Assembly: GCA_964187785.1 (NCBI GenBank)
Contig: OZ076409.1
Coordinates: 11,162,001-11,226,000, forward strand
DNA length: 64,000 nt
Reading direction: 5' to 3'
DNA from: Amphiscolops sp. MND2022
Taxonomy: Eukaryota
This document shows, piece after piece, positions 32,743 through 45,233 of this stretch. Numbering within the stretch: the stretch's first letter is position 1; each line of letters opens with the position of its first letter. The translations under genes were made by a program, and so were the position numbers. The notes under the pieces were generated by a model, which did not search any database, was not told the DNA's origin, and was given only the letters and a program-made list of their open reading frames with translations.

Positions 32743-35700
32743 TCATTCAGTTTTGAGTTTTTGAGTTTGAGAACTCTCCTCCGTAGTGATTGCGTCCAGC
32801 ATCCGAAAATCAGGATGTGCATTAGGTCTAGGATTAGGTCGTAGGTTATACCTTCCCGTTTTTCTAGGATTGTATCCGACAACTATAGGCGGTGGTGTAG
32901 GCGGTATTGGGGGGCTTTCTGTAGGCGGCGGCATCGTTATAAAAGGGTTATCACTGACGTCTAAGTTAAATGACGTATTATCTCCGGAGGATGTTTTATC
33001 CATCGTTGTTTTCTCATCTGCAGTTGTTATAACTGTTTCATGGTCCGTTGTATTTCCGTCTTCAGTTTGTACTTCCGTGATAGTAGCTTCTTCATTGTCG
33101 TTTTTCGTTGAGGTTCCGAACAGAACTTCTCCGAATTCGGTTTCCCAAGCTTGCGCTTACCAATCGTCATGGGTTGTTTTAACCTCAGGATCTGGAAGCT
33201 GATCTTCCACTTTGACCGTTACGTCAGGTACTCGTTGATTGGGCGCGTATAGCCTTAGGCGAATTCTATGGAGGGTTTGCGTATATCTTGTTCCCGTCCG
33301 TCTTACGACGTAATTGTTATTGGAAAGGACTTTGACCACTATATATGGCCCTGTCCAAATGCAATCTTTGAAAGCGAATTTCATTGACTGATTATCAGCC
33401 TTCGGATTCTGGACGTAGCAATACTCATTGATTTTCAATGGCGTTGCTGTCGCTTTTTTATCATAATATCGCTTATACTTCAAATATGATTGCATGAGGT
33501 TGTCCTTGGCTGACCGGTGGATTTCGGCGATTTGCTTTTGTAATTCGTCCGTTAGGTCTTCGTTGGCGTCTTTCTTCCATTCTGGCTTGAGTCCCAGTTT
33601 AATGTCCAGAATGTTGTACGGGATGCGTCCGTGGAATACTGTTGTCGTTTCGCAGCCTAGGCTTTCCTGGTAGCTTGCGTTGTAGTTCATGACTGCAATT
33701 TGTACCTATTAATGCCACATTGAACGTCGTTCTCCCGTTGATATTTTTAAGGACGTTTTTAGTGATGCGTGCGTTCTCTCAAGTATTCCAATCGTTTGTG
33801 CGTGTTTCGTTGATGCGTGACTAATCCGTATGTCGAGAGTTTGTGCTATCTGGTTTACGATATCCGATCGGAATGGTGATCCTTTGTCGGTGAGGATTAT
33901 TGTGGGTAGGTAACAATGGCGTGTCATTACGTCAATTATGCATCGGCCTACTGATCTGGCTGTCATGTCTTCCGTAGGATATGCGAAGAGGTATCGAGAG
34001 AAAACGTCCATCATTGTTATGATGTGCCCGTATCCATTGGATGAAGGCAAATTTGGTAGAATGTCAACTTCTAAGTAATCCTCTGGGCCGAAGGTAAATT
34101 CCGTGTTGCTCAGTTTTTTTGCGTATTTGTCTTGTGTCGATCCGTTTGTTGGCTATGCAGTCAGGGCAGTTGATTACCCAGGCTCTAGTTTTCCGTGCAA
34201 GTCCCGGAAAGTAGTATTTTATTCGGCTTTCTTGGATCATCTTTGTTATTCCTGGATGTTTGTTGGTTTTCCCGTGCAGAGTTGATAGGAGTTCGGGGAC
34301 TATGTGTTTCGGTATGAGGATTTGATGATGCGTGATTGTGCCATCTTCTCCGTAATATTTGCGCATGAGAACTCCATCTTTGACTATGATTCTTTCTTCG
34401 TGGCGTAGCAAATTTCTCCCTCTTGGTTCAGTTTTGAGGAGATGTTTGTCATATTCTTCGTGTAGTAGACGTAGCTTTAGTGCTTTCAGGATTGGATCTG
34501 CATCTTTTTCGTTGCGTATTCGGGCGTTTTCTTTGATTGCTCCAAATGCGTAGACTGCCGTATTGAGCGGTATATACTACTTCTGTTATTTCAGTGGATA
34601 AGTTTTGTTGTTCTTTTTCGTCCACTGCTCGTTGTTTGCTGAGAGCTTTTCTTGCAAAAGTTTCTTGTTCTGATTCTTCTTCCTCATCTGGTAAGAAAAA
34701 AAGTTGTTCTTCGTCAGCAACGTCTGTGGACTGTACGTTGATTCGATGGGTGCCGTTATAATGTCGTCTCGTAGCTTGAGCTGAACTCTTTCATTTGGCG
34801 TTAGTTCCAGGCGAGAAAGAAAATCGGCTGCTGTGTTTTGTGACCCGGCTACGTGCATAATGCGGAATTTGAATTGTAGGACGTAGTCGCAAGCGTTCCA
34901 GAGCGCGGGTGGGGTTGTCTTTGTTTGGAAAAACCTTGTTACTGATCTATTGTCCGTTAATACTAGGGTTGGTAGTTTCGTTTCCCATAGGATGTGACTG
35001 TATTCCAGGAATGCATGATAAAAGGCGAGGAACTCTTTACAGTATAATGACATTTTCAGCTGTGACGGAGAAAATACGCGGGAACCAAAAGCGACCGGTG
35101 CGAAAGTTTTCCGTTTGGAGAGTAGCTTTTTATCATCGTTTTCTTCTATCATTAGGGCATATCCTGATGCTCGGAAACTTGCGTCCGTCATAAGTACGTA
35201 TTGTTTTCCCGCAACTGGTTGTCTGAGGGCTAGTCCACATGCTTCCGCTAGGCTTGTGTTGATGGTTTTGAAGTTGTCGACTAGTTCTTCTGATATGGTG
35301 ATTTTTGCATCTGCTTTTAGGAGTTCATACATTCCAATCATCTTTTCGGACAGTCTCGGTATGTAGTTTCTGTAGTAGTTGATAAATCCAATGTATTTCT
35401 GGACTTGTTTCTTTGATCGGGGAAATCTGATTTTTGACAAAAAATTGGTGATTTTGTGATCTTGCGGTGCTACTCCGTGGGGTGTGATGGTTCTTCCCAG
35501 GAATTCGATTTGGGTGACGCCAAAGTGGCATTTTTCACTTGTGAGTTTTAGTCCGGCTTTGCGGATTCATTTGAAGACTGCTCTGATGTTCTTGATGAGT
35601 TGTTCCGTTGTGTTGGCGGCAATCCCGATATCGTCCACATATTGGGCACACTGGTCGGCTTTGATGACGGTGTCGAGGTATTCCCGCATGAAGCTCGAAA

Positions 35701-37971
35701 AGGCCGACAAGGCTCTACTAAGTCCTTTGGCTAGCCTGCGATAGGCAAACGTTCTACTAGCAAAGTTAAATGCAAGGAGTTCTACTGACCTTTGATCTGC
35801 CATTTGGAGGCAGTGATAGGCTTGTGAGCAATCTAGTTTGCAGAACAGCTGTTTCCCCGCAAGATGTTGTGCGGCGTCCGAGAGGGTGCTGATGGGGTGG
35901 TTGTTGTTTATGTAGTCATCTGAGATGAGGGCGTTGATCTTCCGTAAGTCTACTAAGAGTCGCAGTTTGCCATTGGGTTTGCGTTGCGCGAAGATGGGGC
36001 TAGCATAATTCGAGAATGGGAGAGTTGTGATGATCCCATATTTGTGCATCAGTGCTAATTCTACCGTGAGGTCGTCTTTGAGGTTGATGGGTACAGGGAG
36101 ACTCTGGGTGTATACCGGTTTGTCATTTTTGGGGGTTAGGCATACCTTGAACTGGTTGTTCATTCCGATGTCCAGTCGGTGGCGTGCAAAGATGTCATTG
36201 AATTCAACTAGGGTAGACTCTAGGTTTTCACGGTCTTCTCCCGTTATTAGCGAATCATTCCATTTGAATAGTGAAAGGAATTGTGATCTGGATTTTTCGT
36301 CTTGTTTGGGGTCCAGTTCTTCTAATCTTTGTAGTTCGCGTAGTTCTCTCAGAATGCGTTGTTGGATGGGTGTGTGTTCCGATTCATCTCCGGGATTTTC
36401 GGGAGTTGGGAACCAGAATTTCTTTTCTGTTTGTTCTGACGACTCAACTTGCATCAGTGCATTGACGTACGCAACAACATCGTCGTGTTCGGCGAGTAGA
36501 TTGAGGGCTGCTATATCTACTGCTCGTATCGATTTCGTTTCTTCAGGTTTCAGTATTTGTAATTCTGCTAGTTTCGTATGTGGTGTTACTGTATAGGGGA
36601 AGTCTGTGGTGTTCGCTATCTTTATCGCGACTCGTTTGTCTCGGGCTGTGGTTATTGCTGGGGCTACTATAAGTTTCGCATTTTCATCGAACTGTGGTAG
36701 AGGTTGAACTGTCCCAGTTATTGAATGGTCGTTGCTTGCAGTAATAGACGCGTGGATGATCCGTGTGGCTTGCGCTGGTATGGTGTGTTTTTCTTCCGTC
36801 TTGATAGTGATGGGTTTGGGGTTGCACTTTTGTCTTTCGTCCTTTAGGGCTAGAGTTATTTGTATTTTAGGAAAGTCTATTGTTCCTTGTGCAGTATCTA
36901 GGATTGCGGAATGTTTCCGGAGGAATGCCAGGCCGATGATTGGGTAAGATGTTTTGGTCATGATGATGAAGGTCTCTTCGAACGCGTAGTCTCCAATTTT
37001 GAACTGCATTGTGTATGTCGCGCGGGCTTTTTCAAGTTCGGTGTTGGCATATTGTATCTTGAAAGGGGGCGGAGGTGCCTTCGCGATTATGGTTGCGTTG
37101 GCTTCAGTTTATATTTTGTCTGCGTCTCTTTCGCTGATGACGTTGATGTAGGCTCCCGAGTCAACTCGTGCATCAATTCTAGTGTTTTCAAAGTCAAGAG
37201 GGTTAACGAGCATTCTTTTCTTCTTTTTGAGGGTAATTGCTGACTTTAACGGAATGTAGTCGTCGTCTTTGTCATGTTGTATGAATTCTTTTATGATATT
37301 GAGGTCATATGGTAATTGTTGTGGGCATTCCGTTACTTCGTCGTCGTCATGAATGTTGTCCTGAGTTGGCAATTTGGGTGCTGCTTTTGGGGGTGATACT
37401 GTTTGATTGGCTTTTGTGCGCTGTTCTTTTTCTTGTTGTGTCCATATTGTTTTATCCTCGATGCAGATGATATTCTCTGCATCTGTTGGTGTGGACGTGG
37501 TGGTGACGGGTATTGGCGAGGACTGTGTTGTCTTTTTTAAGATTGGTGACGGTGGTGATGGTAAGGTTGTACTCTCGGTGCATTGGGCTTGAGGATTTGA
37601 AACTTGAGTTTTGAAAGAGAGTTTGTTTGTGTCATAGATGGTTGGTTCGTCCCAGGGATCACATCTATAGTCTCTATCATATATGTAAATGCGTTCGGTC
37701 TTTGATTCTGGTAGGGGCCTTTTTAGTGTCGCGTAGTTATCGGGTGATTCTGTTATCCATTGGGGTAGTGGTGTTGGGTCCTCTGGGTGTCGGGCATTAT
37801 GTCTGAGTATCATGCCTACGTTCCAACGACGTTGCCAGTCTTGGATGGGTTCTTCATTGCATTCTGTGAGGAAGTCTTCTTCATACCTATTGGGGGGGTC
37901 TTCTTTTGTGTACGCCCTTGCGTCTACCGTTTCCCCGAAGCGAAGCGGAGGCGCGGCGTTCCTAGTTTTTT
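32743..37971 (-). pseudogene. pol: Gypsy pol of element C, fragmented
   Basis: VDSGA protease; YVDD RT (35567-37009); TDAS RNase H (34586-35440); integrase pieces 33157-34411; GRYNLRPNP tail. Confidence 0.93.
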
Positions 37972-39371
37972 GGCTGGATTTCAATAGAAGGGATTGGTTG
38001 TTCGCCAATTTGGTTTGTGGGTATGGCGAACTCGTGTCGTTTCTTCCTAGGATCGTTCGCCGCATTAGCTCCGTACCAGCAATTTTCAGTTTTGTGGAGT
38101 TTCTCACAGGTGTCGCATTTTGGTTTGGGTGGTTCATTGGTGTTGGGAATGCCGTTCTGTGCTTTAGTTTCGTAGTAGCAATCTTTTCGCAATTTGCGGC
38201 ACTGTGCTTTATAATGCCCCTGTTTGCCACAGTGGATGCAATTCCCTCGATGGTTGAGTTACTTTTTTGGTTCCGGTGGGACGACGTCGACCGTATTGAG
38301 TGGTACTAGCGTGGTTTCGTCTGGGGTTCCCAGACCATTAAGGCGCATCTCTCGTTCAAGATGTAGGACAATGTCGTTATAAGGTTTGTTCTCGAGGTAG
38401 GCTCGGTTAAGAATCTTTTTGACGTGGTCCGGCATTTTGGCGTATATGGCCTTGTCTATGAATCTTTGTGCTTCTGAGCCGAACGCTTCTTTAGCCGTTT
38501 TTTGCAGTGTGTCCAAAAATTCATGTAACTTTTGCTTGGTTGGGTCAAAATGTAGCGAATCCTATTCGCATTTCGCTTTGGCCGAAGATTGAAAATCTCC
38601 GAAGCGCCGTTTATACGCCGTAATTACCTCCTCTAAGTTATCTTTTTTGGCATCGTCCAAGTTGCAATATGCTTGTAGTGCATTGCCTCGTAGTAGCGAG
38701 TGGAAGTAGTTGACTTTTTGGATTTCTGTTAGATGTGGATACATTTTTATGTTGTTTCGAAATAAATCCTCGAAAAGTTCGACTTTTTCGGACTTACCAT
38801 CAAACACGGGCAGAGATGCGGTGAGGGCTTTTGGCATTGGAGGTTGAGGTGGTGGATGGATTTCCGGCTGGGGAGCGAATAGTAGTCTTGATGTCGAGGG
38901 TCGTTCGTTGGGTGGCAGGCTTTGTGGACGGTGTGGTCGTGTTTTCTTTTCCCCCAGATTTGTGGAGTCATTGAGGACTCCTGTCACCATGTTACGACTA
39001 TTCAGCGGTGTAATTTTACGAGTAGTCTCAGTGGTTTTCTTTTTGATTGATGTTGAAGTTGCATTTTCCGGATTATTTTCGGATTCAGATTCTGTTTCTT
39101 CAGTGGCTGTTATGATGGTTTGCTTTTTAACGGGAGGAGCTATTAGTTTTAGCATCTCCTTTTGGTTCTCAGCTAAGATTTTAGTAAGATCAGACCTGAT
39201 CTCTTTCCTCAATGAAGACTTGATTTCCTCCAGGTTTTCAGTGAGTACTCTAGAAGATTTACTCGTTCCCGCTACGGGATTTAAGTTTTGGCTAGTTTCA
39301 GGCATTGGAGTTTCAATTTCAGTAGAAACTAATTCTTCAACAGTTTTTCTCTTCTGGCTTCTAGTAGTCAT
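37962..39371 (-). pseudogene. gag: gag of element C, fragmented
   Basis: MTTRSQKRK start inside the LTR; PVFDGKSEKVELFE; knuckle remnants; ends CCA AAA AAC TAG (slippery AAAAAAC at 37965-37971). Confidence 0.9.
38978..38989 (-). promoter_or_regulatory. Primer-binding site TGGTGACAGGAG (C)
   Basis: Abuts the LTR end at 38990, which is independently defined by the LTR duplication. Confidence 0.92.
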
Positions 39372-41320
39372 TTTTGAGAGAGAGAGGTTGTTTTTTGGAA
39401 AACTCGAATTCTTCAAAGAAAATATGGTTTTCAGAAACGAAGTATCAACGTAGCAAAGTAAAAAACAGATTAACAGATCCACTTATTTTAAATATCCCTA
39501 GGTATATATACTTTCATCGCACCATTTGTTCTTCACCTAAAAATTCCTAGGAATCCTTAAAATTGGTTTTGTTCATCAAAATTGCTTAATCATCCTTATT
39601 ATTTCAACACTTTAATTAATTGTTCACGATTTAAAATTCCTAGTCACGGCTCCCTTACAGAGTGCTTGTTGAAATCATTTTTGTTCGTTATCATCATTTC
39701 CGGTTTGATCGCGGAAAAGGCGGCAAAATGAAAGTCTAGTTGAATTTTCATCGAGAAAGGCACGCTGGCGTGATCAATGATTCATCTCGAGACTAGTGAA
39801 AATCGTCTGTTCGCGGTAAAAGAATGACAAGCAAAACTGATTACGGAAATATCTCCGAGTGATTTTGGGTAGATGTGCTGGGAATATTTTGAAAAAAAAC
39901 AAATGATGCTGGAAATTGGTTAATACCAATCAAGAGCTGAGATAGCAAACAATATAACACAGAATCATTTTGAGCTTCTGAACTAGTTCTACACGTATTG
40001 GAACATGATGGTTTGATTAATACAGATCAATGGCTCATCTAGCCCAAAGAACATAACATATTGAATGTACAAAACATCCTTTTCCAAAATGAAGGAAAGC
40101 ACCTTTCTTTTAATGATTTCCTTTGTTTTAACCTGTAGTACGATCAATTTTATTAGGTATTAAACGGGGACAATTCGGAAAGGTATTATTTTAATGTTAT
40201 GATATTTTGAACATTCCTTTTCGTTTCCGTATAGCATAAGGAATATATCAGAACAAGGAATATATCTTGATATATCAGAACAATTTTGATTTTGCAGCAT
40301 TTCTTTTTAGTCGTTCTGTATGTATTAACATTAGGCATAACCTTGTCATTTCACAATTTGCTCCGTAAGCGCTCCGTACGTATTAAGATTAGTTATAGCT
40401 TCTTCGCATTACAATTTGCTCCGTAAGCGCTCCGTACGTATTAAGATTAGTTATAGCTTCTCCGCATTACAATTTGCTCCGTAAGCACTCCGTACGTATT
40501 AAGATTAGTTTCAGCTTCTTCGCATTACAATTTGCTCCGTAAGCGCTCCGTACGTATTAAGATTAGTTATATTTTCTTCGCATTACAATTTGGTCCGTAA
40601 GCGCTCCGTACGTATTAAGATTAGGTATAGCTGAGCAGCGCATGCTTGCCGGGACAGAGCGTACAGCGTTAACAAATTCATTCTTATCCTCTCGCTCAAT
40701 TGGCGTTGCTATGGTAACTAGGGATGGTGAAAGACGACGCTATTGGTCCGTAAAAATAGAAACATCTACTCTTCAATCAAGCTGAGTGACGCCGTCATTA
40801 CGTTGTAAATATTCTCTTAAGTTGCTTAACTGCATTCTTAAGTGGATATTCACAACTATTCAATCATTGGAAAACAATTCCGCCATTCTCTTTGTATGTT
40901 CTTTCATTTTAGATTGTATGAAATCCGTTGGGACCTCGGAATTGAATTTCATTTTGGTGTTTTCATTTTAGTGTGGAAAAGAAAAAGGTCCCAAAGTTAA
41001 GAATGTTTTTAATTTGTTATTTAGATTTGTATGGGATTTTCAGCTGACGAAACCGGAAGTAACGGAACGGTCACGCATGAAAACTTTATACCGGAAGTTT
41101 CGTTCCGTCTAAAATTACTTTTGGATATTTTACTTATCGCTTCCGTTATACTAAAATCCTTTTGTTCTGATTATTAACTCGTACTACAGTTAAACAAAGG
41201 TAAGGGATCAGTCAAAGTTTTTAACCTAATTTTGTGAGGTTTTGTCATGTCCTCGCCCTCTTGCGAATTTCGGTATTCCTCCGCAACAGGAAAAATCCCG
41301 ACCGGGAGCGGGTCGTGACA
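38990..41320 (-). repeat. 5' LTR of element C
   Basis: Direct repeat of 26313-28687; TG..CA termini. Confidence 0.95.
40354..40631. repeat. 58-bp tandem repeat, ~4.8 copies, in the 5' LTR of C
   Basis: Units at 40354, 40412, 40470, 40528 and 40586. Confidence 0.97.
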
Positions 41321-41325
41321 ATTAT

Positions 41326-42030
41326 CACTGATTCGGATGATATCAATGCAATGAAAACAACAGAAATATCTTCGAAAAAGTAATGAAACTGAATGACTTC
41401 ATTCTTTCAGCCAACCGCATGAGAAAATTTGAGACAACAAGAAGTGCTCGTCCAAGACCTTTTGAAGTTATATGAAGAGTGTTGTGTTGTGGCAAATATG
41501 AAAAAAATATTGAAAGAACCGACTTTCCTTGTAAAGCACAACTGAGCTGGAAAGATCGGCAAAGTGAGAAGTCGCTTTTGGGGGTGCGCTATAACTTTGT
41601 TAACCAGTGTTTGACAAGAAGTTAATTCGCATCAAAAATCTCTCTCGCGTTCATGATGCTGTCAGAGTGTATCACAATGCATCCCTTTCTAACGTCATCC
41701 AACAATTGGCGGGTTAAAGTGATCAACGTTAAAGACTAACTGTTTCACTTTAAAAAATGATTTCCGAATCACAATTCCGAATCACAAGTAAAAGTGCTGT
41801 CCTACATGAGCTTGATTTCTTTGGTTAATTGTCAATTACTATTCCTGTTATAAAAGGCGTTCCTCCTTGTTCTGTCTTGGACCTCTTGCTCGTTTTACTA
41901 TTCAACAACGATTTATCAGCTGTTTTCCTCGACTCATCAACATGGTTTTTTGCAGAGGACTAGAAGCTGGTATTTCGTTCTTTCAATGTTGAAAATGACA
42001 TCGCTAAACCCGCCATCTGGAGTTAATAAA
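41326..42030 (+). pseudogene. Old LINE (CR1/L2-like) remnant into which element C inserted; upstream part at ~26100-26312
   Basis: GVPPCSVLDLLLVLLFNNDL..FAED*KL at ~41856-41970 resembles GVPQGSVLGPLLF..NDL..FADD.KL; an ORF1-like SWAEVVK lies left of C. Confidence 0.55.
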
Positions 42031-42059
42031 TGATAATGCTTGATAACTCACCATGCGTT

Positions 42060-44488
42060 CCCAGTGACACGAATCTTGGTAGCCTTGCCAAGATCTTGGA
42101 AAAACATGGAAACGCATGGTAGGCTTACCAAGACGCATGGAAAAACATGATGCATGCTACGCTTGGTAAGATCTTGGCAAGATCTTGGCAAGATCTTGAC
42201 AAGCGTTCCATGTGGAAATGCTTGCCAAGATCATGGCAAGATCTTATCAAGATCTTGGCAAGCAAATGATATGAAGATCTCTTCTTCAGAAAAACTGAAA
42301 AAAAACTTGTTTAACCCAATCTAATTGTCATTACATTTAGAAGAATTATGTTGCGCATATCAAATATGATGGCAACATCTTAACAAGGCTAGAAGAACTA
42401 ATTCTAAGTCAAAAAACGCAGTTTACCATCTACTCTAGGTATCGTTACACCTTGAACCAAAGTCAATATGAATTAAGGATGTACCTAGAACGTTCCTAGA
42501 AACAAATCAGAGAGGTGAAGCTATAATTATCGCAAAGTTATTGGAACATTCAAGCTTTTTCCAGATCAACACTACTGTTTTCGAGTATCGCAATTTTTGT
42601 TTTTTACGTAGTTTTTCATGTTTCATGTTTTGAAATGTTTCCAGGTACATGCGACAACTTCAGCATTGTCCCCTGTAGTGCTTGAACTGCTCAGATCTCG
42701 AAGACTGCCATCATAACTCAACTCAACACAATTGTTTTTCGGGCTCTTGCAGATACTCTTCCATGTCGGGCGATGTTCGAGTTAAAAATGACAGTTTCGT
42801 TTGCATGCCTTTAGTATATGCTTGATATACATTCTGAGTGGCTGTTTTGGCGTGCTGTGAGAGTTTCGAAATGGTTTCGAAAGTTTCGAAATGAGAGTTT
42901 CTTTGCGCGCTCTGACGCTATTTTTGTTTTGGGATTGTGACAAGCAGATGCGCTGCCGATGATCGATCCGGGTACTCGATGGCCTTCCAAGATGTTAAAA
43001 TCTTTATGCTGGAAAATTTCCGTGGCGTTTTCAATAGGATTCTTTTTTGCTATAATGTGGCACTTAGTAATGTGGTATTCAAACGCTGGGCCGTGTTCAG
43101 CTAGAGTTTCGTGGAGTCGATGTAGATCTTTCAGTATCCTTACGGCGTTTCCGTCGTCGGCGTACCACTTCTGGACTCTATCGGTGTTCTCTAGTAATTT
43201 CACAAGTGGCAAAATGGCAATTCCACGCGTTGCCTTTGCAACAGGATCACCTTGAGTTGTGCCTTCTTGTGAAAGAATCACTTTACCCCTGACAAAAAGA
43301 GAGCAAGGCGATGCATAAGAATTTTTCAGAGGAATGAGAAGAGATGGACATACGACCTTTATGTTTTTCAGTACTAATTTTCTATTCAAACTATTGTGTA
43401 GTTCTTCACAATTCATGTTTTCGAATGTTTCCAGGGAGACGGAACAACTTATGCAGCCTCGTCGCCTGTGGTGATTGGACTTCTCGGATCTCAGCGCCTT
43501 TCAGCAGTACTCATTATTTGTTGGATGGTAAGTTTCTCTCCTGTTTTTGAAGATGTTTTTTTTGTAAATTGTGTTCCTGCCCAATGGAACCCGTAGGCCT
43601 GGCAGTGCTAAAAATGACTCTTTGAAACCTTTGACTGGTTTGACTTTTTCTCGTTTGCAATTTTTTCATTGTTCTCTTTTGCTTTCTTCTCATTGCGAAT
43701 GATTTGCTTCTCCACTTCGTAGAAAATTTGGAAAATGTGTTCCTAACTTGAGAAAAATGTACTTCGCAACGCTAGAGCGGAACATTCAAGCTTTTTCCAG
43801 ATCAACAACTACTCTTTTCGAGTATCGCATTTTTTTATGTAGTTCTTCACAATTCATGTTTTGAAATGTTCCCAGGTACATGCGACAACTTCAGCATCGT
43901 CCCCTGTAGTGCTTGAACTGCTCAGATCTCGAAGACTGCCATCAGAACTCATTCTTTGTTTAATGGATAATATATCTCCAGCTTTCGAAGTTTTGCAAAT
44001 TGTGTTGCTGTCCGTGGAAGAAACAAACTCCATTTGTCAAACTTTCGCATGATTTTCCAATTTTCTTTGGTGCTGCAACTACAATACTTACTGTTATAAT
44101 ATTTGAAAATCGAAACAATTAAATTTTGGTTATTCCAGTTTTCGAAAATATTCAATATAAAATCTCAAATGGCTCAAAAACACACGTAGAACGTATTAAG
44201 CTTTGCAAGTTACAACGAAAATCTTGGAATGCTTTGCAAAATGCATGAAAAAATCCTGGTTGGATTGGCAAGATGGATAGAAAAATCTTGGTATGCTTGG
44301 CAAGACACATGGAAAAGCTTGGTAAGATACATGGAAAATCTTGGTACGCTTGGTAAGACGCATGGTCAGCCTTGCCATGATCTTGCATGATCATGGTAGC
44401 CTTGGTAAGATCTTGGCAAGATCTTGCCAAGATCTTGGCAAGCATACCCATGCATCTTGGCAAGCGTGCCAAGATTCGTGTCACTGGG
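42060..44488. mobile_element. Non-autonomous CACTA/CMC-like DNA transposon
   Basis: 20-bp TIR CCCAGTGACACGAATCTTGG / CCAAGATTCGTGTCACTGGG; TT on both flanks (2-bp TSD); dense subterminal CCAAGATCTTGG repeats at both ends; CCCAG fits the CMCWR terminus. Confidence 0.8.
42811..43416 (-). pseudogene. Fragment of a non-LTR retrotransposon RT (CRE-like, tentative) inside the CACTA-like element
   Basis: ILSQEGTTQGDP and WYADDG motifs. Confidence 0.75.
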
Positions 44489-45065
44489 TTATCACCGCTT
44501 CAAGACCTCGCCCACTCAAACCTGATTATCACGGCTTCACATGGAACCTGACGTTCGCTAACTTCAATATTCTCGTCCTATCAAGTGCACAAGTTGGAGA
44601 TGTGAGACCCATTTTACCCTAAAATCTGATCGTGCTCTTCATCGGAGGCAATACTTACCAAATAGCAACACTCAAACGCTTGCTAGGAAAATCTCGGGCC
44701 TTGCTGTAGCAGCCTCTGAAGCTGCACTCAGAATTTTTGTCATCGAGGTACCTCCCCAGCTAGACAACCTTGACCAGGCCAAGGCTTTGAATCGACTCCT
44801 AGAAAGCAAGAACGATTGCCGTTGGCTTTACAGAGGCATCTCGTGAAGCATCTACAACGTCAAAAAGCACACTACCGGAAATCACATCCTCCTAGAGCCA
44901 AAGGCTATCAGTGGAATTCGCCCCATGTTAAAGGATCGAGTGCTTCGGAAAGCCTTCTGTTCACAATTCTACAAACGAGGTCACCACCGAACATACGAGT
45001 GCCGTCGAGGTCATTGCACCTGCCCGCGCTAAACCACGTAAGCTGTCTTCACGTAAGCGAATTCC

Positions 45066-45204
45066 CTATTCTGCTACTACGGTACTTTCTTAAGTTCCTC
45101 GTAGCTACTGTCTATTCCGCTACTACGATACTTTTTTAAGTTCCTCGAAGCTATTGTCTCTTCTGCTACTACGGTCTTTCCTTAGGTTCCTCGTAGCCAT
45201 TGTC
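45066..45204. repeat. 46-bp tandem repeat, 3 copies
   Basis: Units at 45066, 45112 and 45158 (CTATTCTGCTACTACGGTACTTTCTTAAGTTCCTCGTAGCTACTGT). Confidence 0.85.
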
Positions 45205-45233
45205 TTTGCCCTGTGTTCTTTCGTCTGCCTCTC

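Larger units (their letters stand above)
26313..41320 (-). mobile_element. Full-length ~15.0-kb Ty3/Gypsy LTR retrotransposon C (decayed ORFs)
   Basis: Two ~2.3-kb direct repeats; termini TGTTACGAC...GTCGTGACA; 5-bp TSD ATTAT at 26308-26312 and 41321-41325; PBS; gag and pol remnants. Confidence 0.96.

Noticed and set aside
44490..44900. Possible SGNH-like ORF remnant (IVLFIGGN, VIEVPP)
   Set aside because: Too decayed to delimit or assign.
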